Assembly (NCBI GenBank): GCA_045636165.1 | Contig: JAZTWZ010000110.1 | Location: 1 to 43,473 of the forward strand | DNA length: 43,473 nt | Direction: 5' to 3' | DNA from: Eubacteriales bacterium | GTDB taxonomy: Bacteria > Bacillota > Clostridia > Oscillospirales > JAAYXM01 | Part shown: piece by piece, positions 1 to 7,833 of the stretch | Layout of the letters: each line of letters opens with the position of its first letter | Position numbering within the stretch: position 1 is the first letter of the stretch | The notes under the pieces: model-generated | Databases searched by the model: none | The model's input: the letters and a program-made list of their open reading frames with translations, nothing else | What the model was told of the DNA's origin: nothing | Position numbers and translations under genes: made by a program

Positions 1-65
1 CCTGTGCAGTGGTGCTTACAGCTTGTAACGGTACACTGAATGCTTTTGTTCGGATTCTCGTTCAT
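1..65 (-). CDS. 5' end of a small Cys-rich DUF1540-like protein (partial; continues past window start)
   Basis: Minus-strand ATG at 65 with GGAGG (78-74) upstream. It reads MNENPNKSIQCTVTSCKHHCTG, which resembles DUF1540 N-termini as I remember them. The ORF is open to position 1. Confidence 0.45.
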   Translation of the reverse strand, partial: MNENPNKSIQCTVTSCKHHCT

Positions 66-90
66 TTTTATTACCTCCATATATTTTGGC

Positions 91-173
91 TTAAGCCGAA
101 GGGAGTCAAACCCCTCAAGTCTTGAATTTGTTATATTTTTAAACCTTAAGGTGTTCGACTCCCTTCGGCTTAA
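91..173. repeat. 17-bp perfect inverted repeat (TTAAGCCGAAGGGAGTC / GACTCCCTTCGGCTTAA) separated by 49 bp
   Basis: Arms at 91-107 and 157-173 read directly. It lies in the divergent region between the DUF1540-like gene and the ABC gene. Confidence 0.8.
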
Positions 174-225
174 AAATATTTTGCGTAAAAGTGATACTTT
201 TATTCGCTTTTAAAATTATGAAAAC

Positions 226-254
226 TTGACAATTTTGAAAAATTTTCTTATTAT
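226..254 (+). promoter_or_regulatory. sigma-A-type promoter for the ABC-nrdG unit
   Basis: TTGACA (226-231), 17-bp spacer, TATTAT (249-254). AAAGGAG lies upstream of the TTG/GTG start at 291/294. Confidence 0.5.
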
Positions 255-290
255 ATAATATAATGTTGAAAGTATTAAAAGGAGTGTCGA

Positions 291-1946
291 TTGGTGAAAG
301 ACAAGACCTTGAGTTTTATAATAAAAACATCGAAAAAGGAAGGTTTGCGCCTTCTTTTTGTAACGATTCTCAATGCTGTTAACGCATTTCTCGGCGTATA
401 TTTTGCGCTCGTAATGCGAAATGTAATAAACAGCGCGGTTGCAGGAGAGGCATCGCTTGTAAAAAAATGGTCGATAATCATTATCGCGGTAGTTATTGCA
501 GAGATTCTTATTCTGATAATATCAAGATATCTCACGGCGCAGATGACGGCGCGTCTTGAAATTGCATTCCGAGAGACAGTGTTTTCGAAATACTTAAAGA
601 AAGAGTATTCTGCGATAACGGCTTTCCACAGTGGCGAGATACAGAACCGTCTCTTCAACGATATAAAAATCGTAAGTGACAACCTTGCAACGCTTCTTCC
701 GCAGTTCATCGCGCTTGTAACAAGACTTATTGCGGCGCTTATTGCCGTATATGTTGTCGATGCGGTGTTTGCAACTGTAATATTGGTTGCAGGTCTTGCG
801 ATGTTCATTATAGCGCGCCTTCTCAAGAATGTTATGAAAAGGACTCATAAGGATGTGCAGGTTGCAGGCGGTAAAGTTCGCGCGCATACGCAGGAGTCGG
901 TTGAGAATCTTCTCGTCATAAAAGCTTTCGGTATGGAAGAGAGAATGGAAGAGAGGGAGCGCGAATTACATACAAAGCACTATAAAAAGCAGATGGTGCG
1001 CGCATTCTTCTCGGTCAGCGCGACAGCAGCATTTTCGTCTCTCTTGCAGTTCGGATATGTATATGCCGTTATCTGGGGCGCTGCAAAAATTCTTACGAGT
1101 GCCGGCGGTTTCGGATACGGTGACTTTGTAGCGATTATGCAGCTTATCGGAAGAATACAGTCTCCGTTTGCAAATCTTTCGGGAAGCCTTTCAAAGTATT
1201 ATTCGATAATAGCGTCCGGAGAGCGACTTTTAGAGCTTTGCGACTTGCCGGATGATATCTGCGATGAGCCTGCAAGAGCTGATTTGTACGAAAAAATGTC
1301 GGCGATCAAGATTTCTGATGTAAGCTTTTCTTATGGCGATGCGTATGTTCTTGAAAATGCCAACGCCGAGATAGAAAAAGGAAAGCTTACGCTTATCGCC
1401 GGAATTTCGGGAATAGGAAAAAGTACGGTCATAAAGCTTCTTATGGGCGTTCTGAAGCCCGAATCGGGTGAGGTTTTCGTTCAGGAAGAGGGAAAGACTG
1501 AGCTTTCAGCGGCAACGAGATCGCTCTTTGCGTATGTTCCGCAGGGAAATCTCCTTATGAGTGGAACGATTGCCGAGAATATGCGCCTTGCCAAGGCTGA
1601 TGCAACGAAAGAGGAAATGGAAAAAGCCCTCAGAATCGCGTGTGCTGATTTCGTTTTCGAGCTTGAAAGCGGGCTTGAGACCCTTCTTGGCGAGCGCGGA
1701 ACAGGGCTTTCAGAAGGTCAGGTTCAGCGTCTTGCGATTGCCCGTGCTGTTCTTTGTGACGCTCCGATTTTCCTTCTTGATGAAGCGACGAGCGCGCTAG
1801 ACGAGCCGACGGAAAAACGGGTTCTTGAGAATATTATGTCACTTTCTGATAAAACCTGTGTCTGCATTTCCCACCGCAGCGCAGCACGCGAAATCTGCGA
1901 TAAGGAAATTTATCTCGACCGGGGCAAAATTTGTGAGAGGAAATAA
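291..1946 (+). CDS. ABC exporter, fused permease and ATP-binding half-transporter (MsbA/CydCD-like)
   Basis: 551-aa ORF with a six-TM-like N-terminal half. Walker A is GISGIGKST, the signature is LSEGQVQRLAIARA, and Walker B is IFLLDEATSALD. Confidence 0.9.
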   Translation: MVKDKTLSFIIKTSKKEGLRLLFVTILNAVNAFLGVYFALVMRNVINSAVAGEASLVKKWSIIIIAVVIAEILILIISRYLTAQMTARLEIAFRETVFSKYLKKEYSAITAFHSGEIQNRLFNDIKIVSDNLATLLPQFIALVTRLIAALIAVYVVDAVFATVILVAGLAMFIIARLLKNVMKRTHKDVQVAGGKVRAHTQESVENLLVIKAFGMEERMEERERELHTKHYKKQMVRAFFSVSATAAFSSLLQFGYVYAVIWGAAKILTSAGGFGYGDFVAIMQLIGRIQSPFANLSGSLSKYYSIIASGERLLELCDLPDDICDEPARADLYEKMSAIKISDVSFSYGDAYVLENANAEIEKGKLTLIAGISGIGKSTVIKLLMGVLKPESGEVFVQEEGKTELSAATRSLFAYVPQGNLLMSGTIAENMRLAKADATKEEMEKALRIACADFVFELESGLETLLGERGTGLSEGQVQRLAIARAVLCDAPIFLLDEATSALDEPTEKRVLENIMSLSDKTCVCISHRSAAREICDKEIYLDRGKICERK

Positions 1947-1948
1947 AA

Positions 1949-2641
1949 ATGAAAATATCGGGATTCCAGAAGCTTACGTTGCTCGACTTTCCGGGAAGCG
2001 TTGCCGCAACAATATTCACGCCCGGCTGCAACTTCCGTTGCCCGTTCTGCCATAACGCAGGGCTTGTTCTTCGGTGTGAAGAGGGTGAGAAATATGAAGA
2101 GGAAGAAATTCTTTCATATCTTAAGAGAAGATGTGGCGTGCTTGACGGTGTATGCATAACGGGCGGTGAGCCGCTTCTCCAGAAGGATATAGATACCTTT
2201 ATGTCAAAAGTCCGTGAGATGGGCTATAAGATAAAGCTTGATACAAACGGCTCAAACCCCTCAAAGCTTCGCACACTTTGCGAGGCAGGGCTCGTTGACT
2301 ATGTCGCGATGGATATAAAAAACTCGAAAGAAAAATACGGCGAGGCGGTCGGACTTTCAGATTTTGATACCGCTGCCGTAGAGGAGAGTGTTTCATATCT
2401 GCTCTCGGGGAAAGTTGAATATGAGTTCCGCACGACTGTTGTTTCAGAGCTTCATACCGAGCGCGACATAGAGAATATTGCGGTATGGATAGAAGGCGCG
2501 AAGCGCTATTTTCTCCAGAATTTCGTTGATTCCGGCGACCTTATAGGGGTAAATCTCTCTGCGGTTTCTGCCGAAAAGCTCGAAGCTATGCGGAAAATCG
2601 CCTTGGAATACATAGATGTAGTGGGCGTGCGCGGAGTGTAA
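1949..2641 (+). CDS. nrdG: anaerobic ribonucleoside-triphosphate reductase activating protein (radical SAM, NrdG2-type)
   Basis: N-terminus ISGFQKLTLLDFPGSVAATIFTPGCNFRCPFCHN carries the CxxxCxxC radical-SAM cluster. Length is 230 aa. It starts 2 nt after the ABC stop codon. Confidence 0.9.
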   Translation: MKISGFQKLTLLDFPGSVAATIFTPGCNFRCPFCHNAGLVLRCEEGEKYEEEEILSYLKRRCGVLDGVCITGGEPLLQKDIDTFMSKVREMGYKIKLDTNGSNPSKLRTLCEAGLVDYVAMDIKNSKEKYGEAVGLSDFDTAAVEESVSYLLSGKVEYEFRTTVVSELHTERDIENIAVWIEGAKRYFLQNFVDSGDLIGVNLSAVSAEKLEAMRKIALEYIDVVGVRGV

Positions 2642-2657
2642 ACACAAGATATTGTGG
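2642..2657. promoter_or_regulatory. NrdR box (distal)
   Basis: ACACAAGATATTGTGG matches about 14 of 16 positions of the remembered NrdR palindrome acaCwAtATaTwGtgt. It directly abuts the nrdG stop codon. Confidence 0.65.
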
Positions 2658-2685
2658 AATTTCTGAAAATTTTTCTAAAAAACTA

Positions 2686-2715
2686 TTGACAAGAATACAA
2701 GATGTATGTTAAAAT
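2686..2715 (+). promoter_or_regulatory. nrdD promoter
   Basis: TTGACA (2686-2691), 18-bp spacer, TGtTAAAAT extended -10 (2707-2715). Confidence 0.6.
2695..2710. promoter_or_regulatory. NrdR-like box (degenerate, inside the promoter spacer)
   Basis: ATACAAGATGTATGTT shares the left half AYACAARAT with the other two boxes. Its centre is 31 bp from the box at 2726-2741, the classic tandem spacing. Confidence 0.45.
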
Positions 2716-2725
2716 CTCCCTACAG

Positions 2726-2741
2726 ACACAAAATGTAGGGG
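2726..2741. promoter_or_regulatory. NrdR-like box (proximal, over the predicted transcript start)
   Basis: ACACAAAATGTAGGGG matches about 12 of 16 consensus positions. Confidence 0.55.
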
Positions 2742-2750
2742 GTATTTTTT

Positions 2751-5123
2751 ATGTACCAGGTAACAAAACGCGACGGTAAAGTCGTAGATTTTAACTTATC
2801 AAAGATCAGTAACGCCATTATGCAGGCGTTTGATGCTTGCGACAAGCAGTATAATTCCGATATTATCGACTTCCTTGCGCTCAAGGTAACTTCTGACTTT
2901 GAGCCGAAGATTGAAAACGGAAAAATCACGGTCGAAAGCATTCAGGACAGCGTTGAGTCTGTTCTCATCAAGGGCGGCTATGACGATGTTGCAAAGGCAT
3001 ACATCCTCTACCGTAAGCAGCGCGAGAAGATAAGAAACCTCCGCTCAACAATCGTTGACTATAAGGAGATTATCGATAACTACCTTAAGATTAACGACTG
3101 GCGAGTAAAGGAAAACTCCACCGTTACATATTCTGTCGGCGGTCTTATCCTTTCAAACTCAGGCGCGATTACTGCAAACTACTGGCTCTCAGAAGTTTAT
3201 GACGATGAAATCGGCGATGCTCACAGAAACGCTGATATCCACATCCACGCCCTTTCAATGCTCACAGGTTACTGCGCAGGATGGTCACTCAAGCAGCTTA
3301 TTCAGGAAGGTCTCGGCGGCGTTACGGGCAAGATTACTTCTTCTCCGGCAAGCCACCTTGCAACTCTCTGTAACCAGATGGTAAACTTCCTCGGTATCAT
3401 GCAGAACGAGTGGGCAGGTGCCCAGGCTTTCTCGTCGTTTGATACATATCTCGCCCCGTTTGTTAAGGCAGATAACCTTTCTTACGACCAGGTAAAGAAG
3501 TGCATCGAGTCCTTCATCTACGGCGTAAATACTCCGAGCCGTTGGGGTACTCAGGCACCGTTTAGTAATATCACTCTTGACTGGACAGTTCCGAACGATC
3601 TTGCAGAGCTCAACTGTATCGTAGGCGGCAAGGAAATGGACTTCAAGTATAAAGACTGCCAGAAGGAAATGGATATGGTCAACCGCGCATTCATCGAAAT
3701 CATGATTGAAGGCGATGCTAATGGTCGAGGATTCCAGTATCCGATTCCGACATACTCAATCACAAACGACTTTGACTGGTCAGAGACAGAGAACAACAAG
3801 CTTCTCTTCGAGATGACCTCAAAATACGGCACACCGTACTTCTCAAACTACATCAACTCCGATATGGAGCCGTCTGATGTACGAAGCATGTGCTGCAGAC
3901 TCCGTCTTGACCTCCGCGAACTCCGCAAGAAGTCAGGTGGATTCTTCGGAAGCGGCGAAAGCACAGGTTCTGTCGGCGTTGTTACAATCAATATGCCGAG
4001 AATCGCATACCTTGCAAAGGATGAAAAGGAATTCTACGAGCGTCTTGATAAGCTTATGGATATCTCTGCTCGTTCACTCAAGGTAAAGAGAACGGTTATC
4101 ACAAAGCTTCTTGATGCAGGTCTCTATCCGTACACAAAGCGCTACCTCGGAACATTCAACAACCACTTCTCAACAATCGGTCTTGTTGGTATGAACGAAG
4201 TAGGTCTCAATGCAAAGTGGCTCGGTAAAGACCTCACAGATGAAAAGACTCAGAAGTTCACTCAGGATGTTCTCAACCACATGCGCGAAAGACTTTCTGA
4301 CTACCAGGAGCAGTACGGAGACCTTTACAACCTCGAAGCTACACCTGCTGAGTCAACAGCTTTCCGTCTTGCAAAGCACGATGTAAAGCGTTATCCGAAC
4401 ATCATCACGGCAGCAAAGTCAGACGACGATGCACCGTACTATACAAACAGCTCACACCTCCCCGTAGGATATACAGAAGATATCTTCACAGCTCTCGACA
4501 TTCAGGACGAGCTCCAGACTCTCTACACATCAGGTACAGTTTTCCACGCCTTCCTCGGCGAGAAGCTTCCTGACTGGAAGGCTGCTGCAAACCTTGTCCG
4601 CAAGATTGCACAGAACTACAAGCTTCCGTATTACACACTTTCTCCGACATACTCCGTATGTAAGACACACGGCTACATTCCGGGCGAAGAGTTCGTATGC
4701 CCCGAGTGCGGAGAGAAGACAGAGGTTTACAGCCGTATCACAGGTTACTACCGTCCGGTCCAGAACTGGAACGACGGTAAGAGCCAGGAATACAAGGACA
4801 GAAAGGTATACAACATCGGAACTTCTGTTCTCAAGCGTGACGGTCGTACCACAGAGGCAGCTATTTGCGACGCTCCTGCAAAGGAAGAAAAGGTAGAAGA
4901 CGGCGCATACCTCTTCACAACAGCAACCTGCCCGAACTGTAAGATAGCTTGTGCAACACTTGACAAGGCCGGCTTTAAGTATGAAAAGCTTCTCGCAAAC
5001 GACAATAAGGAACTCGCAGAAGCTCTCGGAATCAAGCAGGCTCCGACTCTCGCAATCGTCAAAGACGGCGAAGTTGCAAAGTTCTCAGGTGTTTCCGACA
5101 TCAAAAAAATGCTCAATGCTTAA
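2751..5123 (+). CDS. nrdD: anaerobic (class III) ribonucleoside-triphosphate reductase with a C-terminal thioredoxin/glutaredoxin-fold domain
   Basis: 790 aa with an N-terminal ATP-cone-like MYQVTKRDGKVVDFNLSKI and the finger-loop motif RSMCCRLRLD. The Zn ribbon CKTHG...CPECG and glycyl-radical motif SRITGYYRPV are present. The extra tail carries YLFTTATCPNCK...APTLAIVKDGE. Confidence 0.93.
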   Translation: MYQVTKRDGKVVDFNLSKISNAIMQAFDACDKQYNSDIIDFLALKVTSDFEPKIENGKITVESIQDSVESVLIKGGYDDVAKAYILYRKQREKIRNLRSTIVDYKEIIDNYLKINDWRVKENSTVTYSVGGLILSNSGAITANYWLSEVYDDEIGDAHRNADIHIHALSMLTGYCAGWSLKQLIQEGLGGVTGKITSSPASHLATLCNQMVNFLGIMQNEWAGAQAFSSFDTYLAPFVKADNLSYDQVKKCIESFIYGVNTPSRWGTQAPFSNITLDWTVPNDLAELNCIVGGKEMDFKYKDCQKEMDMVNRAFIEIMIEGDANGRGFQYPIPTYSITNDFDWSETENNKLLFEMTSKYGTPYFSNYINSDMEPSDVRSMCCRLRLDLRELRKKSGGFFGSGESTGSVGVVTINMPRIAYLAKDEKEFYERLDKLMDISARSLKVKRTVITKLLDAGLYPYTKRYLGTFNNHFSTIGLVGMNEVGLNAKWLGKDLTDEKTQKFTQDVLNHMRERLSDYQEQYGDLYNLEATPAESTAFRLAKHDVKRYPNIITAAKSDDDAPYYTNSSHLPVGYTEDIFTALDIQDELQTLYTSGTVFHAFLGEKLPDWKAAANLVRKIAQNYKLPYYTLSPTYSVCKTHGYIPGEEFVCPECGEKTEVYSRITGYYRPVQNWNDGKSQEYKDRKVYNIGTSVLKRDGRTTEAAICDAPAKEEKVEDGAYLFTTATCPNCKIACATLDKAGFKYEKLLANDNKELAEALGIKQAPTLAIVKDGEVAKFSGVSDIKKMLNA

Positions 5124-5147
5124 TTTTGATGGTGGGGGTAAAGTTTA

Positions 5148-6056
5148 ATGTATGATATTATAATTATCGGCGGTGGTCCTGCAGGGCTCACCGCCGCCCT
5201 CTACGCAAGGAGGGCAAACAAGAGTGTTCTCGTAATAGAAAAGGGAAGCTTCGGCGGTCAGATTACCTACTCTCCTAAGGTTGAAAACATTCCGGGCTTT
5301 CTGAGCCTTTCGGGAAATGAATTTGCCGAAAAGCTCGTTGAGCAGGTGCTCGAGCAGGGCGCGGATGTTGAGGCTTGTGAGGTTCTTGAGGTGCGCGACG
5401 GCGCGGTTAAGACCGTCGTAACCGATGAGGGCGAGTTTGAGGGAAAGGCAGTTATTGTATCTGTCGGCGCAAGACACCGTCTCCTTGGTCTTCCGCACGA
5501 GGAAGAATATATCGGCGAGGGAATTTCCTTCTGTGCCGTATGTGACGGTGCTTTCTACGAAGGTGAGACTGTAGCAGTAATCGGCGGCGGAAACTCGGCT
5601 CTTCAGGAAGCGATTCTGCTTTCCGACCTTGCGAAGAAGGTTTATGTTGTTCAGAATCTCGATTTCCTCACGGGCGAGGAGAAGCTCGCAGAGCAGCTTC
5701 GCACAAAGGAAAATGTTGAGATTATCCTCGGAACTGTAGTAAAAGAGCTTCACGGCGACGGCGAGCTCAAGGCAATTACCGTTGTAAACGAGAAGAGTGG
5801 AGAGGAAACCGAACTCACAATTGACGGTATGTTTATTGCAATCGGTCTTATTCCGCAGAACGAAGCGTTTAAAAACATTCTGCCTCTTAACGACTTCGGC
5901 TATGCTGATGCAGGAGAGGACTGCAAGAGTACAACTCAGGGTGTTTTCGTTGCAGGTGACTGCCGTAGTAAGCGCATTCGTCAGGTCGCGACAGCAGCAT
6001 CAGACGGCGCAATAGCCGCCCTTGCCGCTTGCGATTATGTAGATAATTTAAAGTAA
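5148..6056 (+). CDS. trxB: thioredoxin-disulfide reductase family flavoprotein (atypical pyridine-nucleotide site)
   Basis: GGGPAG FAD motif, redox-active CAVC (5532-5543) and GGGNSA second dinucleotide motif. Length is 302 aa. The HRRxxxR position reads VVQNLDFLTG. Confidence 0.9.
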   Translation: MYDIIIIGGGPAGLTAALYARRANKSVLVIEKGSFGGQITYSPKVENIPGFLSLSGNEFAEKLVEQVLEQGADVEACEVLEVRDGAVKTVVTDEGEFEGKAVIVSVGARHRLLGLPHEEEYIGEGISFCAVCDGAFYEGETVAVIGGGNSALQEAILLSDLAKKVYVVQNLDFLTGEEKLAEQLRTKENVEIILGTVVKELHGDGELKAITVVNEKSGEETELTIDGMFIAIGLIPQNEAFKNILPLNDFGYADAGEDCKSTTQGVFVAGDCRSKRIRQVATAASDGAIAALAACDYVDNLK

Positions 6057-6063
6057 AATAAAA

Positions 6064-6100
6064 CGCTCCCGAAAGAAATTTCGGGAGTGTTTTGTTTTTT
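6064..6100 (+). terminator. rho-independent terminator after trxB
   Basis: Stem GCTCCCGAAA / TTTCGGGAGT with a GAAA loop, followed by GTTTTGTTTTTT. Confidence 0.8.
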
Positions 6101-6279
6101 AAGCAAAGCGGCACATTGTAGAAAGTTAATTTGGTGCGAGCAGAGGGGAGAGAGGCGTGAGTTCTCCCCGGTTTTGCTACTTTTGCAATCAAAAGCAGGC
6201 CCGCACGGCAGGGATAGGAATTGAAACTTTGAAGAAATCACCTCAGCATTATGCCGACGGGACAAAGAAAACGAAAATC

Positions 6280-6308
6280 TTGCAAAAAAAGAAATAGGGG
6301 AGTATAAT
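6280..6308 (+). promoter_or_regulatory. promoter for the MATE gene
   Basis: TTGCAA (6280-6285), 17-bp spacer, TATAAT (6303-6308). Confidence 0.55.
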
Positions 6309-6341
6309 AATTATTGCGAAAAAAAGAAAAGAGATGTTAAA

Positions 6342-7688
6342 ATGACAGAAGCAGAAAGACATTATAAAAAGATGGCAGAAACTCCGCTTGCGCGTCTTAT
6401 AATCTCTCTTGGCATCCCGACGACGATTTCGATGCTCGTCACGAGTATCTACAATATGGCAGATACATATTTTGTCGGGCGTCTCGGAGAATCAGCACAG
6501 GGCGCAACGGGAATTTTGTTTACGCTTCAGGCGATTATTCAGGCAATTTCATTTATGCTCGGTCAGGGCTCGGGAACTATGGTTGCAAAAGCCCTTGCGG
6601 ATAAGAACGAGGATGAAGCATCAGGCTTTGCTTCAAGTGCATATTATACCGCACTCATTGCAGGATGTGTGCTTCTTGTTCTCGGCGGTTTGTTTTTAAA
6701 GCCTCTTCTATATGTCCTCGGGAGCACCGATACAATTCTTCCGTATGCGATGCGCTATGGCGCGTGCGTTCTTGCAAGCTGCCCCGTTGTTATGATGTCG
6801 TTTGTGCTCAACAACATCCTCCGCTTTGAGGGTAAGGCGTATTATTCGATGTTTGGACTTGTTTCGGGCGGAATACTTAACATCCTCGGTGACTATCTCC
6901 TTGTTGTTGTTTATGATTTCGGTATCCTCGGCGCAGGTATCGCGACTGCCGTTTCGCAGACGGTAAGCTTTGCTATTCTCCTGTATTTCCATAAGAAAAA
7001 GGCGCAGAGCAAGATTTCGGTGCGACACATAAGCAGATGCGCGAAAACTTATTTTACGGTTTTGAAGGTAGGATTTCCGTCGCTCATTCGCCAGGGACTT
7101 TCCTCAATCTCAAACGGACTTTTAAACAACTTAACCCGACCGTTCGGCGACGCGGCGATTGCGGCGATGAGCGTTGTAGGACGCTTCTCAATGTTTGTTA
7201 TGTGCGTAGGTCTTGGCATCGGTCAGGGCTTCCAGCCGGTTGCGGCTTTTAACTATCAGGCGAAAAAGTTTGACCGCGTAAAGCGCGGAATGCTTATAAC
7301 TATGGGAATAGGCGCAAGCTTCATCCTCTGTCTTGCAACTCCCGGATTTATCTTTGCAGATAAGATAGTATATCTCTTCCAGAAAAGCAGTGAAGTTATT
7401 GAGGTCGGAACGGTTGCACTCCGCGCGGCGTGCATCGGAACGAGCTTCCTTGCGCTGTCTGTTCCTGTCAATATGCTTTATCAGAGCGCGAGAAGAACGG
7501 GTGTCGCGTCATTCCTCTCGCTTCTTCGCTCGGGGCTTACCTTTATCCCCGTGCTCATTATTACGACAAGGCTCTGGGGACTTTTCGGAATCCAGATTTC
7601 CCAGCCTGCTGCAGATATACTGACAGGTCTTGCCTCGATTCCGTTTATGATTCATTTCCTCAGAACTCCCGATGAAAAAATGAGGTAA
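6342..7688 (+). CDS. MATE family multidrug/efflux transporter
   Basis: 448 aa, about 12 hydrophobic segments, with the typical MATE N-terminus (...LIISLGIPTTISMLVTSIYNMADTYFVGRLG). Confidence 0.88.
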   Translation: MTEAERHYKKMAETPLARLIISLGIPTTISMLVTSIYNMADTYFVGRLGESAQGATGILFTLQAIIQAISFMLGQGSGTMVAKALADKNEDEASGFASSAYYTALIAGCVLLVLGGLFLKPLLYVLGSTDTILPYAMRYGACVLASCPVVMMSFVLNNILRFEGKAYYSMFGLVSGGILNILGDYLLVVVYDFGILGAGIATAVSQTVSFAILLYFHKKKAQSKISVRHISRCAKTYFTVLKVGFPSLIRQGLSSISNGLLNNLTRPFGDAAIAAMSVVGRFSMFVMCVGLGIGQGFQPVAAFNYQAKKFDRVKRGMLITMGIGASFILCLATPGFIFADKIVYLFQKSSEVIEVGTVALRAACIGTSFLALSVPVNMLYQSARRTGVASFLSLLRSGLTFIPVLIITTRLWGLFGIQISQPAADILTGLASIPFMIHFLRTPDEKMR

Positions 7689-7691
7689 AAA

Positions 7692-7730
7692 AACACCCCG
7701 AAACGAAAGTTTTGGGGTGTTTCTGTATTT
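7692..7730 (+). terminator. rho-independent terminator after the MATE gene
   Basis: Stem AACACCCCGAAAC / GTTTTGGGGTGTT followed by TCTGTATTT. Confidence 0.8.
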
Positions 7731-7833
7731 AAAAATGGAAAGATGTTTAAGAAAAAGTTTTATCTGATAAGCTCGGTTTCGCGATTTTAGAATAAATTTC
7801 CCATTTACGGATAAAATAACCGCGGTGATTTAA

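Noticed and set aside
275-887. Minus-strand ORFs of 183 aa and 97 aa overlapping the start of the ABC gene
   Set aside because: They are antisense to a well-supported ABC exporter. Composition is low-complexity and R/I/T-rich, and no SD or family resemblance is visible.
5145-5753. 202-aa minus-strand ORF opposite trxB
   Set aside because: It is fully antisense to a gene with clear TrxR motifs and has no recognisable motif of its own. This is a typical shadow ORF.
6133-6225. Possible ykkC/guanidine-type riboswitch upstream of the MATE gene
   Set aside because: Fragments such as GGTGCGAGCAGAG and CACGGCAGGGATA vaguely resemble conserved ykkC segments. However, they occur in the wrong order, the CUAGGGUUCCG and AAAGCCCGGGAGA elements are missing, and the region lies upstream of the best promoter.
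6251-6307. 18-codon basic peptide ORF (MPTGQRKRKSCKKRNRGV)
   Set aside because: It has no SD, overlaps the predicted MATE promoter hexamers, and is too short and compositionally trivial to support.
7741-7833. Forespore (sigma-G/sigma-F type) promoter for the germinant-receptor operon
   Set aside because: I looked for GnATA-17/18-CATnnTA. The nearest candidates (GATAA...AGAATAA, CATTTAC) miss key positions, so no call is made.
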